Shown: one piece after another, positions 62,106 to 64,000 of the stretch
Position numbering within the stretch: position 1 is the first letter of the stretch
Layout of the letters: each line of letters starts with the position of its first letter
DNA from: Macrostomum hystrix
Lineage: Eukaryota; Animalia; Platyhelminthes
Length of the DNA stretch: 64,000 nucleotides
Direction: 5' to 3'
Assembly (NCBI GenBank): GCA_950097015.1
Contig: CATNEN010000038.1
Span: 29,884,001 to 29,948,000 of the forward strand
Notes under the pieces: model-generated
Told to the model about the DNA's origin: nothing
Databases searched by the model: none
The model's input: only the letters and a program-made list of their open reading frames with translations
Position numbers and translations under genes: made by a program

Positions 62106-62578
62106 AGTTAACAGTAGGACTACCAAGCAATTTTGCCGACCATACCCCGGAAAAAGTTTTTGGCAGCGCTGGAATGCTAACAGCGTTGGGTGGTGACTGA
62201 TTGCTTTACAGACTAGGCGATGGTGTCCTGTGGTTGAGCTGCGACTAATATTTAGGCTTGATCAGTGAAATTCGAGAAATTCGCGTCAAGGTGTCTATAG
62301 TCACCTAGATCTACCTGTTGTAAGCCCTTGAAGGTTTAGAAGTCCGTCTAGATAAAGGTAGGTGACCACCCAAGACGGAGATGATGCAGGCACATTCTGG
62401 TGACATGCTGAAAATTTTGAATGCCAGGCAAGGCCGCACTGAGGCGCAGTGCAAATTTGTGTTCAGGGGTGCTAAAATACACTAGCGCCTATCGGAAAAT
62501 TCGTCCTTCGACCAGGATACGTTGAATAACGTATGATCAACGTTGAATAATATCTCGACGGTCTGAAAAACTGGCTAC
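62106..62578 (-). repeat. inverted copy of the 53975-54446 dispersed repeat
   Basis: Colinear reverse-complement similarity over ~470 bp. Confidence 0.85.
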
Positions 62579-63790
62579 TTAATTCATGTTTTCATGGGGA
62601 ATTTCTCCTTTTGGTAGTTCTAGTGTTAAGGACAGCAATGCCTTGCATGCTTTCAGATGCCGCAATCTGACATCGCAGTCAGATCCTTAATGGCTGCTTG
62701 ACTGTTAGGATACATATTGATCTGCTGTTTGCAGGTATTCGCCTCATTGGAATGCATAGCGCACTCGTTAATTGTGCAGACTTTTCGACAATCAAACCCT
62801 CGGGTCAAAATCTATTGAAAATAAAAAGGTAATTAAATGATTCTAAAAAGGGAAATTTTAAAAACGTACTCGTATCTTGCCTAATTGCAGAAAGGTACTT
62901 TTCGGCCATAATTCCCATTTCTTGCACAGTAAAATTTATCTATCTTCCCACTAGCTTGCAATCTTCAGCTCCCGTGCATTCTTCGTAGTAACTTGAGCCC
63001 AACAAAACCAATTTCCTGTGCCAACCAGAAATAAATTTTCCATATGTAGAGTGTTTCTCGGGTAATGTATAGTGTTTTTCCGTCCTATGAGAGGACGATA
63101 AAAATATTGTTGACAAACGTCAGCGCGAGAGTTTTAGAGGCACTCACGCGATCAGCCGCTCGCTTGCTCATCAGCCCCCCCATCTCAATACTCACTCACA
63201 GAATTCCCGGCCTTGTACACGTCTGGAGGAAAATTTGCTTTGCACTCAGCTGCTACATTCTATGAATTCTCCACCCGCCAGCGTGTATACCCGAAGCGCA
63301 CAATGTGACGGTTTGGGAGAACTGACTTTACATATCCCAACTGCCTGTCTCGAGGCCCACACTGAGTGGTTCTGCCCCCCCCAAGTCCCTCCCATCCCGT
63401 CCTACCCCAACCAACCCCATTTTTCTCCTCTTTCCAATCTCATCAGAAAAACAGCTCCCACGATTCGCCTGCGAGAAAATGTGCCGCATCCTTGCCTATA
63501 GCCGGCCTAACACTGTCGCCACCTATGGAACCGGCCGTGTTCCGGCCACTCTTCTTCTTAATTTCTGCCCCGACCCGCCAAACCCTTCACGTCCCACGCC
63601 TTCCTGAACCCCTCCGCCCACTCGCGCACTCTCATTCGCCCACGGCTGCCATTCCCATTAAGTGGACGATGCTCCACTCCCATATAAGACCCTGAATTAT
63701 CCACCTACGAGCCTTCACAGTCAAGCTAAGCGTAGTGTACCTTCGTTTCTCCCCACTCCCAGAGACTGCCGTCGGATCAGCAGCCGCGGC

Positions 63791-64000
63791 ATGCTGACAC
63801 TCTTGATCCTGCCAGTACTGCTGTCTGTGGCCGCCGCCCGCAACTTGGGGGTTCGCGTATCACCAACTCGACTGTCCGAATTGTCTGTGCCTCTGGCTGT
63901 CCCCAGACAGGTGGGTACACAGGGTCACAGTCGTGTTCGCGACCACTTGATTGAATTTATCTCGCGCCAGCCAGGATGGCAAGTCGAATTGGACACATTC
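63791..64000 (+). CDS. QPCT: glutaminyl-peptide cyclotransferase (M28-like), 5' part, runs off the window
   Basis: Signal peptide MLTLLILPVLLSVAAA, then PLAVPRQVGTQGHSRVRDHLIEFISRQPGWQVELDTF, matching the QC N-terminal pattern PLL.ER.PGS.G...R.HI...W..E.DTF; absent from the ORF track. Confidence 0.8.
   Translation, partial: MLTLLILPVLLSVAAARNLGVRVSPTRLSELSVPLAVPRQVGTQGHSRVRDHLIEFISRQPGWQVELDTF

Overview
Eukaryotic (metazoan) genomic DNA with GT-AG introns and an extreme density of minisatellites. The composition suggests a free-living flatworm such as Macrostomum (inference only). Host genes: a 3-exon beta-1,4-galactosyl/GalNAc-transferase (+), two tandem 5-exon CYP2-clan P450s (-), a 5-exon ATRX/XNP SNF2 remodeller with no visible ADD domain and no ATG at its 5'-most visible exon (-), a 4-exon F-box protein (+), and the start of a glutaminyl cyclase (+, runs off the window). 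Virus/transposon-related items: two tandem genes with a herpesvirus-tegument-like (peptidase C76/VTD) deubiquitinase domain directly upstream of ATRX, and decayed Polinton/adintovirus-type minor capsid (penton) sequence inside a P450 intron. Also present: tRNA-derived SINEs, a SINE>mariner>MITE nest, hAT and Kolobok-like MITEs, a decayed LINE, a perfect 118-bp-arm palindrome and about 17 tandem arrays. Most long ORFs in the supplied track are repeat artefacts. All exon structures and homologies were read by eye; no searches were run.
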